Assembly (NCBI GenBank): GCA_902798615.1
Contig: CADBXL010000029.1
Span: forward strand, 3,722 to 67,721
Source: an uncultured Bacteroidales bacterium
Lineage (GTDB): Bacteria > Bacteroidota > Bacteroidia > Bacteroidales > Bacteroidaceae
Direction: 5' to 3'
DNA length: 64,000 bases
Part shown: one piece after another, positions 10,115 to 20,790 of the stretch
Position numbering within the stretch: position 1 is the first letter of the stretch
Layout: the number at the start of each line of letters is the position of its first letter
Position numbers and translations under genes: made by a program
Notes under the pieces: model-generated
The model's input: only the letters and a program-made list of their open reading frames with translations
Told to the model about the DNA's origin: nothing
The model's database searches: none

Positions 10115-10831
10115 TTAGAACTTGAACATATCATCGATAGTCAGCAAACCCTGATGCTTTGCTGTGTACTCGGCAGCAAGAACAGCACCGAGAGCAAAGC
10201 CCTGACGGGAGTGTGCATCGTGCGTGATGGTGATGACATCAGCAGGAGAGTCGTAGCTGATGCTGTGGATTCCCGGAACCTCACCACGACGGATATCGTC
10301 TATGCGGAGTACGTCTGGTGCTGTCTCGTGGAGAGCCCATTTGTTCTTACGGTCAATACGCTCAACAATCTGTTCTGCGAGTGTGATAGCTGTACCGCTT
10401 GGTGCATCGAGCTTATGAATGTGATGTGTCTCCACCATGTTTACGTCATACTGTGGAAAGTCGTTCATAATCTTTGCAAGATACTTGTTCACAGCAGAGA
10501 AAATGGCAACACCTACGCTGAAGTTTGATGCCCAGAAAAGGGTCTTGCCTTCCTCTGAACAAGCCTTGCGCACATCGTCGCCATGATTCTTGAGCCATGC
10601 AGTAGTACCGCTGACAACCTTAACACCAGCTTTCCATGCCTTGAGGTAGTTGTCGTATGCAACTGCAGGGTTTGTAAACTCGATGGCAACATCAGCAGAA
10701 GCGAAAGCAGAACTTTCGAAATCCTGTAGGTTGTCAATATCAATAATGCTTACTATCTCGTGACCACGGCTGAGGGCAATCTGCTCAATCATCTTACCCA
10801 TCTTGCCGTATCCTATCAATGCTATTTTCAT
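10115..10831 (-). CDS. dapB: 4-hydroxy-tetrahydrodipicolinate reductase
   Basis: GYGKMG, VSGTT, ETHHIHKLDAPSGTA and RQGFALGA motifs. Confidence 0.96.
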   Translation of the reverse strand: MKIALIGYGKMGKMIEQIALSRGHEIVSIIDIDNLQDFESSAFASADVAIEFTNPAVAYDNYLKAWKAGVKVVSGTTAWLKNHGDDVRKACSEEGKTLFWASNFSVGVAIFSAVNKYLAKIMNDFPQYDVNMVETHHIHKLDAPSGTAITLAEQIVERIDRKNKWALHETAPDVLRIDDIRRGEVPGIHSISYDSPADVITITHDAHSRQGFALGAVLAAEYTAKHQGLLTIDDMFKF

Positions 10832-10834
10832 AAC

Positions 10835-11917
10835 TTAATTCTCGTTTTGCTCTATAACGTTGTTTTCCTCATACGCTTCCGCTTCCGCAGCAGCAATGAT
10901 ATCCTCTCGGCTCATCTCCTTGGGCTCTGCCGTAACATCGGACAGATCCATTTCCTCGTCGATTGTAGCTTCGAGTTGTTCTATCTGTTCATTTGACGAT
11001 TCCTGTGATTCATTAATTACAATGAAATCGTCCTTCTTCTCCTCTGTGTCAGGCACATTGAGCACAGGCTCCTCTTCCATCTTGGTACGCTCTGTCTTTG
11101 CTGCAAAGATACTGTCAAGATAGGCGGAGTCTTTTTTCAGTCTTTTCAGCGTTTCCTCGCAGGCATGCTGCTGGCTTTCCTTCTTACTGAATCCTATACC
11201 TGTTGAGCCGTCGATTGTCTCAAGCACCACTGTGTATTTGAAGGTAGGAGATCCGTTCTGATCCTTTGACTGGTCTTCGAGGCGGAACGTCATCTGGATG
11301 CGGTTCTTCTGCGTCCATTCAATGAGTTTCGACTTGAAGTTTACTTCCTTGTATGCCATTTTGTCGATATTTATATATCGGCCGAGGATGCGTTCCTGCA
11401 TGAACTTCATGCATGCATCGTAGCCACGGTCGAGATACATGGCTCCTACAAGGGCTTCGAAAGCATTGCCACCCATATAGCTGTTATGACTGGCAGAGCG
11501 TCCGGATGAGAGGATGAGACGGCTTAGACCTACTTCCTGTGCAAGTTTGCCGAGAGTCTCGCGCTGAACAAGCTTGGAACGTGTATTTGTAAGGAATCCT
11601 TCAGGCTTACCTGGGAAATGAGTATAGACGATATCTCCGACTACAGCATCGAGAATTGCGTCACCTAGGAATTCGAGTCGCTCGTTATTCAGTTTCTTGC
11701 CTTTTGGCTGGTCGCCTTTGCCTTTCTTGCCCTTGCTCTTCTTAGAGTCCTTTACAGGCTCGATAGGACCGCGGTGTCCAATGCTCTTGTGCATGAGAGC
11801 GAGCTTGTAATAGGCAATGTTGTGTGGCAGGAAACCGATAATCTCTTCTAAAGCAAGATAAAGCTCCTTATCCTTGCGGAATGGGAGCTTTATCCTGTCA
11901 ATTATATTATTCAGCAT
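10835..11917 (-). CDS. rnc: Ribonuclease III with acidic C-terminal tail
   Basis: NERLEFLGDAIL signature and dsRBD. The start is placed at MLNNIIDR (11917), overlapping the fabF end. Confidence 0.95.
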   Translation of the reverse strand: MLNNIIDRIKLPFRKDKELYLALEEIIGFLPHNIAYYKLALMHKSIGHRGPIEPVKDSKKSKGKKGKGDQPKGKKLNNERLEFLGDAILDAVVGDIVYTHFPGKPEGFLTNTRSKLVQRETLGKLAQEVGLSRLILSSGRSASHNSYMGGNAFEALVGAMYLDRGYDACMKFMQERILGRYINIDKMAYKEVNFKSKLIEWTQKNRIQMTFRLEDQSKDQNGSPTFKYTVVLETIDGSTGIGFSKKESQQHACEETLKRLKKDSAYLDSIFAAKTERTKMEEEPVLNVPDTEEKKDDFIVINESQESSNEQIEQLEATIDEEMDLSDVTAEPKEMSREDIIAAAEAEAYEENNVIEQNEN

Positions 11918-13166
11918 ACTTCTTGAATATAACGCAAGCGTTGTGACCTCCGAATCCGAATGTGTTGCTAAGTGCAGCACGTACCTCACGCTTCTGTGCC
12001 TTGTTGAAGGTGAAGTTCATCTTGTAGTCTATCTCTGGATCCTCGTCGCCATCCTCGTGGTTGATTGTTGGAGGAATGATGTCTTCCTGTACAGACTTAA
12101 CGCATACCATAGCCTCCAAAGCGCCTGCAGCACCAAGAAGGTGACCTGTCATTGACTTAGTAGAAGAAATGTTAAGCTTGTAAGCCCAGTCTCCGAAGAG
12201 ATCCTTGATAGCCTTTGCCTCAGAGATGTCACCTACTGGAGTAGATGTACCGTGAACGTTGATGTAGTCGATATCCTCTGGCTTCAGCTCTGCGTCAGCA
12301 AGAGCCTCTGACATTACGATCTTTGCACCGAGACCTTCTGGGTGAGAAGCTGTGATGTGATAAGCATCAGCAGACATACCAGCACCAACCATCTCGCAGT
12401 AGATCTTTGCGCCACGAGCCTTAGCGTGCTCAAGTTCCTCAAGGATGAGACAAGCAGAACCCTCACCCATTACGAAACCGTCACGGCTTGCAGAGAATGG
12501 ACGGCTTGCCTTCTGTGGCTCATCATTACGTGTTGAGAGAGCGTGCATAGATGTGAAACCACCAAGACCTGGGTCTGTGATTACTGCCTCTGCACCACCG
12601 CTAACGATGATGTTTGCCTTACCGAGACGAATGAGGTTGAAAGCATCTGCAAGAGCGTTGCTTGAAGAAGCACATGCAGATGTTGTTGCATAGTTAGGAC
12701 CGTGGAAACCGTACTTGATAGAGATGTGACCAGGAGCGATATCACCAATCATCTTAGGGATGAAGAAAGGACCGAACTTAGGTGCATCTTTGTGCTCTGA
12801 GAAGTATTCGAGCTCTTCCTGCATAGTTCTGAGTCCACCAATACCAACACCATATACCACACCGACACGGTTCTTGTCGATAGTTTCAAGATCCATCTGT
12901 GAGTCCTCGATAGCCATTGTTGCGGCTGCAAGGGCAAACTGACAGAATTTATCCATTTTACGGGCTTCCTTGCGGTCAATCCACTTTGATGCGTCAAAGT
13001 CCTTTACCTCGCAAGCGAAGTTGGTCTTATAGCGAGAAGCGTCAAACTGCTTGATTGTGTCAGCACCGCTAACACCGGCAAGCAGATTCTTCCAAGTCTC
13101 CTCTGCTGAAAGTCCAAGTGGTGTAACGGCGCCAAGGCCAGTTACTACTACTCTTTTCAATTCCAT
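11907..13166 (-). CDS. fabF: Beta-ketoacyl-ACP synthase II
   Basis: TSACASS, HGTST, KSMTGHLLGAAG and SNTFGFGG motifs. Confidence 0.97.
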   Translation of the reverse strand: MELKRVVVTGLGAVTPLGLSAEETWKNLLAGVSGADTIKQFDASRYKTNFACEVKDFDASKWIDRKEARKMDKFCQFALAAATMAIEDSQMDLETIDKNRVGVVYGVGIGGLRTMQEELEYFSEHKDAPKFGPFFIPKMIGDIAPGHISIKYGFHGPNYATTSACASSSNALADAFNLIRLGKANIIVSGGAEAVITDPGLGGFTSMHALSTRNDEPQKASRPFSASRDGFVMGEGSACLILEELEHAKARGAKIYCEMVGAGMSADAYHITASHPEGLGAKIVMSEALADAELKPEDIDYINVHGTSTPVGDISEAKAIKDLFGDWAYKLNISSTKSMTGHLLGAAGALEAMVCVKSVQEDIIPPTINHEDGDEDPEIDYKMNFTFNKAQKREVRAALSNTFGFGGHNACVIFKKYAE

Positions 13167-13180
13167 ATAAAATCAATTAT

Positions 13181-13337
13181 GGCCTCTCCCCCCGCCCTCT
13201 CCCCGTAGAGAGGGAGCCGGAAGTAGAAAGGGATTTCTATTATTCTTTATTAGCCTGTCGGTTCTCCAGCTCCCTCTCTACGGTGAGAAGTTCGATGTTG
13301 ATAACATCGGAGTATGTGCAAAGCGGGGGGAGAGGCC
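13181..13337. repeat. REP doublet (family A) with a hairpin micro-insert in the second unit
   Basis: Unit 13181-13220, inverted unit 13266-13337 interrupted at about 13287-13322. The spacer resembles the reverse complement of the 2364-2432 spacer. Confidence 0.88.
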
Positions 13338-13345
13338 GTAGCCTT

Positions 13346-13398
13346 AAAAAAAAGAATGATGATTGGGCGATAAGAGTTTTATCGACCAACCATCACCC
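13346..13398 (-). terminator. Terminator-like hairpin after acpP
   Basis: TGATGATTGGGCGATAA / TTATCGACCAACCATCA stem followed by a T-run on the minus strand. Confidence 0.6.
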
Positions 13399-13441
13399 GT
13401 TGTTCTATCATGCAATCTTGAACAAAGATAGTAATCCGTGA

Positions 13442-13678
13442 TTACTTACTAGCGTTCTCGATGTATGCGATAGCGTCGCCTACAGTCTGAATCTTCTCAG
13501 CGTCTGAATCAGGAATAGTTACACCGAACTCCTTCTCCAGCTCCATGATGAGCTCTACTGTATCGAGAGAATCTGCACCGAGGTCATTTGTGAATGATGC
13601 CTCGTCCTTAACTTCTGCTGCATCTACACCAAGCTTATCAACGATGATGGCAACAACCTTTTCTTTAATTTCTGACAT
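13442..13678 (-). CDS. acpP: Acyl carrier protein
   Basis: [14 protein letters not shown] phosphopantetheine motif. Confidence 0.97.
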   Translation of the reverse strand: MSEIKEKVVAIIVDKLGVDAAEVKDEASFTNDLGADSLDTVELIMELEKEFGVTIPDSDAEKIQTVGDAIAYIENASK

Positions 13679-13903
13679 AATTGTAAAAATGTTTGTTAAT
13701 TAATTGTTCTATTTTAATGTATATTTCTTACTATTTTTGAGCGCAAAAATAAATTTGCGAGTGCAAAGTAACAAACTTTTCTGCACATAAGCAAATATTT
13801 TTGAAAAAAAAGTATTTTTTGTTGCTCAAATACCTATATTGTGTGCATTTTTTTGCACAAAAATGTACTTTTTTTATTTTTTTCTGTCCGATACAAAGCT
13901 TTT

Positions 13904-15541
13904 TTATTTTGCTTTGTCACTTTCCAAAACTTCCAAAGCTTTCTTTATTATATCGCTGTTCTCGTTCCATACTCGGAAGTATTCCGTGAGATCCCATAGG
14001 TCTCTTGCTATAAGCGATTTGAGTTGCGGACGGAGGTACAAGAGTGTCTTGTTCTTTTCTTCCTCGTTCTTTGGCTCTACCTTCTTCTTCTTTCCTTCTT
14101 CAAAGATGCTTTCTATGTAGCTGTCTGGAATCTGGTAGTTTGCATTGAAGTCTTCGAACGTCTTATACTGCTTCTTCAGTTTTGAACGGTTCTTGTCCAT
14201 ATACTTCAGGTTCGCATTTACGATAACCTGTTTGGCAGCAAGCTGTCTATGGAAATCCGTATAGCGTGTAGTGTCAAGAGGCACGAAGTAATCAGGCATG
14301 ATTCCTCCACCGCCATATACTGTACGCTTCTTCTTCAGAGTCTCGAACTTCAGGGAGTCGGCAAAATGTATGCTGTCGGCATTGGTGAACTCGCCATGCT
14401 TGAAGCGGTTGTCGAGGTCATGGGCATACGCTTCCTTTTCACCTTTTTTATATGGCTTCTGAATACAGCGTCCTGACGGGGTGTAGTAATGTGCCACGGT
14501 CAGGCGTATCATGCTGCCGTCTGTTAATTCAACAGGCTTCTGTACAAGACCTTTACCAAATGTCCTGCGACCGACGATGATACCTCTGTCCTGATCTTGA
14601 ATGGCACCGCTTACAATCTCGGCTGCCGATGCTGTGAACTCGTTGGTAAGGATTACCACTCTGCCATCCTGCATTATTCCGTTACCCTTTGCCCTGAACT
14701 CCTGTCTGCGAATAACCCTGCCCTGAGTATATACTATAAGCTCATCTTTGGCTAAGAACTCGTTAGCAATATCAACGGCTGCCTGCAGATAGCCGCCACC
14801 ATTGTCTTCAAGGTCGATGATGATATCGCGCATACCATTCTTCTTGAGTTCCCTCATTCCCTCAACAAACTCTTCGTAGGTTGTCGCGCCGAAGTTACCG
14901 ATACGGATATAGCCTATCTGCGGACGTATCATATATACCGCGTCAATTGACTTGACAGGAATCTTGTCTCTTGTCACAACGAAATACTGCAAGTCCTTGA
15001 TGCCGCTTCTCAATATTCCGAGTTTGACTTTTGTGCCCTTAGGACCGCGAAGACGTTTCATGACCTCCTCCTTCGACATCTTCACACCGGCAATAGTGGT
15101 GTCGTTGACCGTTATGATACGGTCGCCTGCAATAATGCCCACCTTTTCTGAAGGGCCTTTGATTACTGGCTGTATGACAATAAGAGTGTCCTCAAGGATG
15201 TTGAATTGCACACCAATACCATCGAATTCTCCCTGTAATGGTTCGTTGAAAGCCTGTACCTCCTTTGGAGTAGCGTATGTGGAATGAGGGTCAAGCTTCT
15301 CAAGCATGCCTTTCAAGCCTGCCTCTGTCATTTTCTGAGTATCCACGGAATCAACATACAGGTTTTCGATGTATGCCATTGCCGTGATATATTTCAGTAT
15401 GGCTTCCTTGTCCTTGATGCCTTGAAGGAACTGAAAGAATTGAATCATGTTCGCCTTGTTTGCATCAGGATTCTGCCGTATCTGGGCGTTCAGATTCAAT
15501 ACTGACAATATTATTGTTAAAATTATTGCTATTCTCTTCAT
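13904..15541 (-). CDS. S41 family C-terminal processing peptidase
   Basis: Signal peptide, PDZ domain, DLEDNGGG, TASAAEIVSGAIQD and RTFGKGLVQ. Confidence 0.92.
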   Translation of the reverse strand: MKRIAIILTIILSVLNLNAQIRQNPDANKANMIQFFQFLQGIKDKEAILKYITAMAYIENLYVDSVDTQKMTEAGLKGMLEKLDPHSTYATPKEVQAFNEPLQGEFDGIGVQFNILEDTLIVIQPVIKGPSEKVGIIAGDRIITVNDTTIAGVKMSKEEVMKRLRGPKGTKVKLGILRSGIKDLQYFVVTRDKIPVKSIDAVYMIRPQIGYIRIGNFGATTYEEFVEGMRELKKNGMRDIIIDLEDNGGGYLQAAVDIANEFLAKDELIVYTQGRVIRRQEFRAKGNGIMQDGRVVILTNEFTASAAEIVSGAIQDQDRGIIVGRRTFGKGLVQKPVELTDGSMIRLTVAHYYTPSGRCIQKPYKKGEKEAYAHDLDNRFKHGEFTNADSIHFADSLKFETLKKKRTVYGGGGIMPDYFVPLDTTRYTDFHRQLAAKQVIVNANLKYMDKNRSKLKKQYKTFEDFNANYQIPDSYIESIFEEGKKKKVEPKNEEEKNKTLLYLRPQLKSLIARDLWDLTEYFRVWNENSDIIKKALEVLESDKAK

Positions 15542-15547
15542 AATGAA

Positions 15548-15737
15548 AGCCCCTAACTAACTTCTCCGAGGGGGAAAGTTTATATATAGCTTTATCGCTA
15601 TGTGGGGTGTCGATTATAAATTATCACTTGCCTTAGCTTGTTGAGCTTTAGCGAAAAATTATCAATTGGCTCTCCCTCTCCCCCTCGGGGGAAGTTCGAT
15701 GTTGATAACATCGGAGTATGTGCCAAAGAGGGGGGCC
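15548..15737. repeat. Degenerate REP doublet with hairpin micro-insert and a CTTGC..AGCTTG.TGAGC motif
   Basis: CCCCTAACTAACTTCTCCGAGGGGG near 15550, CCCCCTCGGGGGAAG[insert]GAGGGGGGCC at 15680-15737, and CACTTGCCTTAGCTTGTTGAGCTTTAGCGAAAAA near 15625. Confidence 0.7.
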
Positions 15738-17708
15738 TTAATCATACACTTCTTCTTCCTCCGGAACGTCTTCTTCTATGATAAGGTTGTCGATGATGAA
15801 GTTCTGACGCTCCATCGTGTTCTTGCCCATGTAGTATGCAAGGAGTTTCTCCACCTCGTCGCCCTTGTGCAGAGTTACCTGCTCAAGACGTATGTCCGGA
15901 CCTATGAAACCCGCAAACTCGTCAGGAGATATCTCGCCAAGTCCCTTGAATCGTGTAATCTCAGGGTCTGGTCCCAACTCTTGTATAGCCTGTATTCTTT
16001 CCTCTTCGCTATAGCAATAGCGGGTGATATAGTCCTTCTGCTTCTCGCCTCTTGCCTTGAGCTTCTCGTCCTCAGCGGAAATCACCTTCTTGTTCTTTAT
16101 CTTCGCACGCTTGTTGCGTACACGAAACAGAGGCGTCTGCAATACATATACGTGTCCTTTTTTAATAAGGTCGGGGAAGAATTGCAGGAAGAACGTTATA
16201 ATAAGGAGTCGGATGTGCATACCGTCCACATCGGCATCGGTAGCCACTATCACCTTATTATATCTGAGTCCGTCGAGACCGTCCTCTATGTCGAGAGCTG
16301 CCTGAAGAAGATTGAACTCCTCATTCTCATATACCACCTTCTTTGTAAGTCCATAGCAGTTGAGCGGCTTACCGCGAAGAGAGAACACAGCCTGTGTGTT
16401 CACGTCACGGCTCTTTGTGATACTTCCGCTCGCAGAGTCACCCTCTGTGATGAATATGCTCGACTCTTCCTTACGGTCGTTCTTCACGTCGGAATAGTGG
16501 ATACGGCAGTCGCGCAGCTTACGGTTATGCAGATTAGCCTTCTTCGCACGTTCACGTGCGAGCTTGGTAACTCCTGCCATAGCCTTGCGCTCCTTCTCAC
16601 TCTCGGTAATCTTCTGTATGATGATTTCCGCAATATCAGGATTACGATGCAGATAGTTGTCCACCTCCTGCTTGATGAAATCACCTACATATTTATTCAC
16701 GGAAACACCGTCAGGCGACATGTTCAGCGAACCGAGCTTGATCTTTGTCTGTGACTCGAACATAGGCTCCTCCACGTTCACGGCAATGGCAGCCACAAGA
16801 CCTGTACGGATGTCGCCATACTCAAAGTTCTTGTTTGAGAACTCCTTGATAGTCTTGGCTATATGCTCCTTGAAAGCACTCTGGTGAGTACCTCCCTGTG
16901 TGGTATGCTGTCCGTTTACGAATGAATGGTACTCCTCACCATACTGGTTGGTGTGGGTAAACGCAATCTCTATGTCCTCGCCCTTGATGTGAATGATAGG
17001 GTAGAGGGCATCGCTTGTCATATTGTCTTTCAGAAGGTCCTCAAGTCCGTTGCGTGAGATAATCCTCCTGCCGTTATACATAATCGTGAGACCCGTGTTC
17101 AGATACGTATAGTTCCTGAGCATGGTCTCTATGATGTCATTATGGAAGCTGTAGTTGTGGAACAGAGTGTCGTCCGGCTCAAAGTATATATATGTGCCGT
17201 TCTCGTCCTCTGTAGGAACGGTAGTGTCGTCAACGAGCTTACCCCTCTCGAACTTTGCCGTCCTCACCATTCCGTCACGATATGAGCGAACCTCGAAGTG
17301 GGTACTGAGGAAGTTGACTGCCTTTATACCCACGCCGTTCATGCCGACCGACTTCTTGAAAGCCTTTGAGTCGTACTTACCACCAGTATTCAACTGGCTC
17401 ACAGCCTCAATCATCTTACCCTGCGGGATGCCACGGCCATAGTCGCGCAAGCTCACGCATTTGTTATCGGTGATATCCACCTCGATGCGCTTGCCCGCAT
17501 TCATACGGAACTCGTCAATGGAGTTGTCGATAGCCTCCTTGAGAAGAACGTAGATACCATCCTCTGTGTGAGAACCGTCACCGAGACGTCCGATATACAT
17601 ACCCGGACGGGTACGGATATGGTCAACGTCACTCAGGTGGGTGATGTTATCGTCGTTGTACTGTACAGTCTCCTCTATCTGTTCTTTATCTATGATTTCT
17701 TCGCTCAT
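15738..17708 (-). CDS. parE: DNA topoisomerase IV subunit B
   Basis: [44 protein letters not shown] and RFKGLGE, in the Bacteroidetes ParE type. Confidence 0.93.
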   Translation of the reverse strand: MSEEIIDKEQIEETVQYNDDNITHLSDVDHIRTRPGMYIGRLGDGSHTEDGIYVLLKEAIDNSIDEFRMNAGKRIEVDITDNKCVSLRDYGRGIPQGKMIEAVSQLNTGGKYDSKAFKKSVGMNGVGIKAVNFLSTHFEVRSYRDGMVRTAKFERGKLVDDTTVPTEDENGTYIYFEPDDTLFHNYSFHNDIIETMLRNYTYLNTGLTIMYNGRRIISRNGLEDLLKDNMTSDALYPIIHIKGEDIEIAFTHTNQYGEEYHSFVNGQHTTQGGTHQSAFKEHIAKTIKEFSNKNFEYGDIRTGLVAAIAVNVEEPMFESQTKIKLGSLNMSPDGVSVNKYVGDFIKQEVDNYLHRNPDIAEIIIQKITESEKERKAMAGVTKLARERAKKANLHNRKLRDCRIHYSDVKNDRKEESSIFITEGDSASGSITKSRDVNTQAVFSLRGKPLNCYGLTKKVVYENEEFNLLQAALDIEDGLDGLRYNKVIVATDADVDGMHIRLLIITFFLQFFPDLIKKGHVYVLQTPLFRVRNKRAKIKNKKVISAEDEKLKARGEKQKDYITRYCYSEEERIQAIQELGPDPEITRFKGLGEISPDEFAGFIGPDIRLEQVTLHKGDEVEKLLAYYMGKNTMERQNFIIDNLIIEEDVPEEEEVYD

Positions 17709-17761
17709 TTCTTTCCTCTATCTACTTTCCACTTTACTCTTTACACTATACACTATACCCT

Positions 17762-18907
17762 TTACACTTTAGAAGTGTAACTTCTAAGTCTCATAACCTC
17801 TCTTGAGTCGAGGTACTGCCATTGTCCGAGCACACCCTCGTTTGTCTCCATCATCGGCAGGGCGAGAGCCTTCTCGAAACCATACTTCTGATACCATTGT
17901 ATGAGGTCCTTGAAGATGAGGGCATTGGCACCCTTTGCCCTGTATTCCGGAAGCACGCCGCAAAGCAGGAGGTCAACGGTCTTCGTGTCGTGGAACTTCA
18001 GAGCCTTCAGCAGATGATACCAGCCGAAAGGCAGCAGCTTGCCGTTCTTCGTCTTCTTCAATGCCTCAGAGAAAGAAGGGAAGCTAACGCCGAATCCCAC
18101 CATCTCACCATCCCTGTTGTCATCAACCACTATGGTTATGAGGTTCAGGTCGGCAAGGGAAATATAGTTCTTTATAAGGTCATCAACCTGTGCATCGTCA
18201 AGACGAGAATAGTTGTATAGGTTGCTGTAGCATGTGTTCAGAATGTCGAAGAACTTCTTGCCCATACCACCGCTAACAAGCTCCTTCTTCGTCATCTTAC
18301 GCGCACGGAGGTTATAGCGTTTCTCAATCATGGCTGCCACCTTGGCGAATTTCTCAGGAACCTCATCAGGCACCTTAATCTCCAGCTGCACCCAGTCGTT
18401 CTCCTTCGTGAACCCGCCCATCTTCTCCATGTGCTCCTGATAGTATGCGAAGTTATGGTTTGAGTGCATAGAAGCCATATAGTCAAATCCGCTAACCTGA
18501 AGTCCCTCACGGTCCATATCGGTAAAGCCGAGCGGACCGATTATATTCTCCAATCCGCGAGCCCTGCCATACTCCTTCACCTTGTTGATGAGGGCAGTAG
18601 AAACCTCAATGTCGTCAATGAAGTCAAACCATCCAAAGCGTACAGACTTCAGATTCCATGTCTCGTTAGCACGCTTATTGATTATGGCAGCAATACGTCC
18701 CACAGGCTTCCCGTCACGATAAGCGATATAATACTCAGCCTCGCAGAAAGCGAAAGCAGGGTTCTTGTCGCTTCTCAACGTGTCAATCTCACCCATTTCG
18801 AGATATGGGATATCGGTTGGAGAATCCTTGTAAAGTTCGGTATGGAATCTGATGAACTCCTTGAGTTCTTTGTTATTGCTAACAGTTTTAATTACAATAT
18901 TCGACAT
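17762..18907 (-). CDS. GNAT-fold protein (YghO-like)
   Basis: VGRIAAIIN, VRFGWFDFIDD, GPLGFTDMD and GVLPEYRAKG motifs. Confidence 0.75.
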   Translation of the reverse strand: MSNIVIKTVSNNKELKEFIRFHTELYKDSPTDIPYLEMGEIDTLRSDKNPAFAFCEAEYYIAYRDGKPVGRIAAIINKRANETWNLKSVRFGWFDFIDDIEVSTALINKVKEYGRARGLENIIGPLGFTDMDREGLQVSGFDYMASMHSNHNFAYYQEHMEKMGGFTKENDWVQLEIKVPDEVPEKFAKVAAMIEKRYNLRARKMTKKELVSGGMGKKFFDILNTCYSNLYNYSRLDDAQVDDLIKNYISLADLNLITIVVDDNRDGEMVGFGVSFPSFSEALKKTKNGKLLPFGWYHLLKALKFHDTKTVDLLLCGVLPEYRAKGANALIFKDLIQWYQKYGFEKALALPMMETNEGVLGQWQYLDSREVMRLRSYTSKV

Positions 18908-18945
18908 TGTTATATAGGCAGATTTTTGACTTTTTAATTATATAT

Positions 18946-19035
18946 TGTGCAAAGAATCTTCGCATAAAAGCGAAAGTGCGTGTCAGTCTTAATGAAGACT
19001 GGCGCACGGTCTTTGATTCGCTGAGTGCAAAATTA
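18946..19035 (-). promoter_or_regulatory. TAATTTTG promoter plus conserved two-hairpin leader (copy C)
   Basis: GACCGTGCGCCAGTCTTCATTAAGACTGACACGCAC downstream of the -7 box. Homologous copies at 26646-26733 and 39314-39400. Confidence 0.75.
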
Positions 19036-19182
19036 GTAAAAAACTCCCATTTAGCCAAATTTATGAGCAAAAAAGCGGAATTTCCCCCGAAATTAATTTA
19101 TTGCAAGAATGTTCTCAAAAAGCGGATAGATTAGTTTCTCCTTTGCCAAATAGAATCAAAAAACAATCTGTTGTGCTAACAT

Positions 19183-19846
19183 AATCCCAGAAAACGTGTC
19201 GATAACAGGTAACGGGTAACAATAAGAAAAATAGTGTAAACTGCTCCCCATATTTATTATTTCTATATATAATAAGGTATATAAACTCCTTAGAAAGATT
19301 TAGTAAAATTTGGCCATACACTAAAATCCTTATTGTTACCCGTTACCCGTTACTGATCGGGATTTTGCTTGCTTATTGAGCGTGCCATTGATCTTTATAA
19401 AATAAAGATAATTAGGCTGTTATACGAAATTAGAGAGCAAAATATGGGCAGCTGATAGTCTCAATAACATAACAATAAGCATAAATTTCTGGCTGATTCG
19501 CCTTATTCAGTATGCTTGAAAAGCAATGTAAAAATGTGAAAAACATTCCAAAGCCATCCCCAAAACTAAATACAGGCTTCAACGAGATTCTGCGTGAGCT
19601 TTCAACTCCCTCCGATGTAGTTCCGTTGTAAGTCCGTTCCAGGTCCGTTTCAGGTCCGTTTCAAGTCCGTTCATCAATTAACCCTAAAAGCGAAGGCAGA
19701 GCGAAGGCATAGCGAAGGCAGAACGAAAGTACAACGGCATTTCTACCCCTACAGTAACGGGTAACGGGTAACAATAAGGATTTTAGTGTTAGCGTATCTC
19801 ATTTCAGACATAGTACCCCCATCTGGATATGCTCTGTTGGGTGGGA
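19183..19846. mobile_element. Dispersed ~0.7-kb non-coding element, long copy 2
   Basis: Colinear with 3528-4290, with 28-bp sites at 19209 (+), 19319 (-) and 19761 (+). Confidence 0.7.
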
Positions 19847-20272
19847 CTATTAATTATTCTGGTTAGCCTTTGAAAATGGAAGAGAAAAAGTCATGTGAAA
19901 ATTTGGATTTATCAGGAATTATTACTGCCCGTAAATCAATATAACTTACTTTCCATCGAAAATTAGAATATTGGTAAGCTATAAATAAGACAAAAACAAT
20001 AAATCCGCTAGCGTTAAGGTTGTGATTGACTTTTTTCTGTATCTTGAGATTGAGGCTCTTCATTGTGAAGCGAGAGCCTTTTCGGTACAATGGTACAATA
20101 GTACAATAATTTTTACACACACCCTCGTAGGGAGATTAAGATAGTAATTTAATTGCAAGAGGGTTCTTAAATAGCGGATGGATTAGTTTCTCTTTAGCCA
20201 AATGACAAGTTTGGGGTGTTTCTTTTGGTGGAATAGCTTTTTTTGTTTACTTTTGCCGTAAAAAAAAAGAAA

Positions 20273-20782
20273 ATGATAAAACTGTTCCGCTATATAATGG
20301 CTGTCGGATTGCTTGGCGTAATCGCGTCATGCGATCCTGTTAGGTATTTCCCGTTGAATGTGGATAAACTGGATACGAATATTATTGAATTGCCGATAGA
20401 TACAGATAGTGCTCGTATGGAAATCACATATAATAATCTTGGCTGGAGGTGTTGTGTCTATTTGCATTTACCAGATGGTTGTGAGGTTAATGAGGATTCA
20501 TTAGCCGTTTCGTTTAGTGTGCCCAATTTTAGTTGCGGAAGGGTTGAAAAAGATGTGATTGATAAGCGTAACAAACCTATTCCTCTCAGATGTAGCAAGA
20601 TAGATCCATCACATCGTCTCAGTTTTGCACTTTACAAAACTGGAAATGCTGACATTGTCTATAATGTCCCTGCTCAGATGTATTTGAAAATGTCAGGTGT
20701 AATTATTAAGGACGGAAAATCGTTGGTGAATGATACGGTCACGGTTATTCCAATGGGAGTGCCAACATCGAAGCGAGATTAA
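20273..20782 (+). CDS. Hypothetical lipoprotein
   Basis: Lipobox LLGVIASC. The start is reassigned to MIKLFRY, downstream of a TACTTTTG promoter box. Confidence 0.65.
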   Translation: MIKLFRYIMAVGLLGVIASCDPVRYFPLNVDKLDTNIIELPIDTDSARMEITYNNLGWRCCVYLHLPDGCEVNEDSLAVSFSVPNFSCGRVEKDVIDKRNKPIPLRCSKIDPSHRLSFALYKTGNADIVYNVPAQMYLKMSGVIIKDGKSLVNDTVTVIPMGVPTSKRD

Positions 20783-20790
20783 ATCAGTTT

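Noticed and set aside
15666-16754. 362-aa plus-strand ORF
   Set aside because: It is an antisense shadow of parE that starts inside a REP. The many other antisense ORFs over core genes were rejected on the same grounds.
19863-20120. 85-aa minus-strand ORF as a real gene
   Set aside because: It is AT-rich with no motif or clear start signal, so it was left unannotated.
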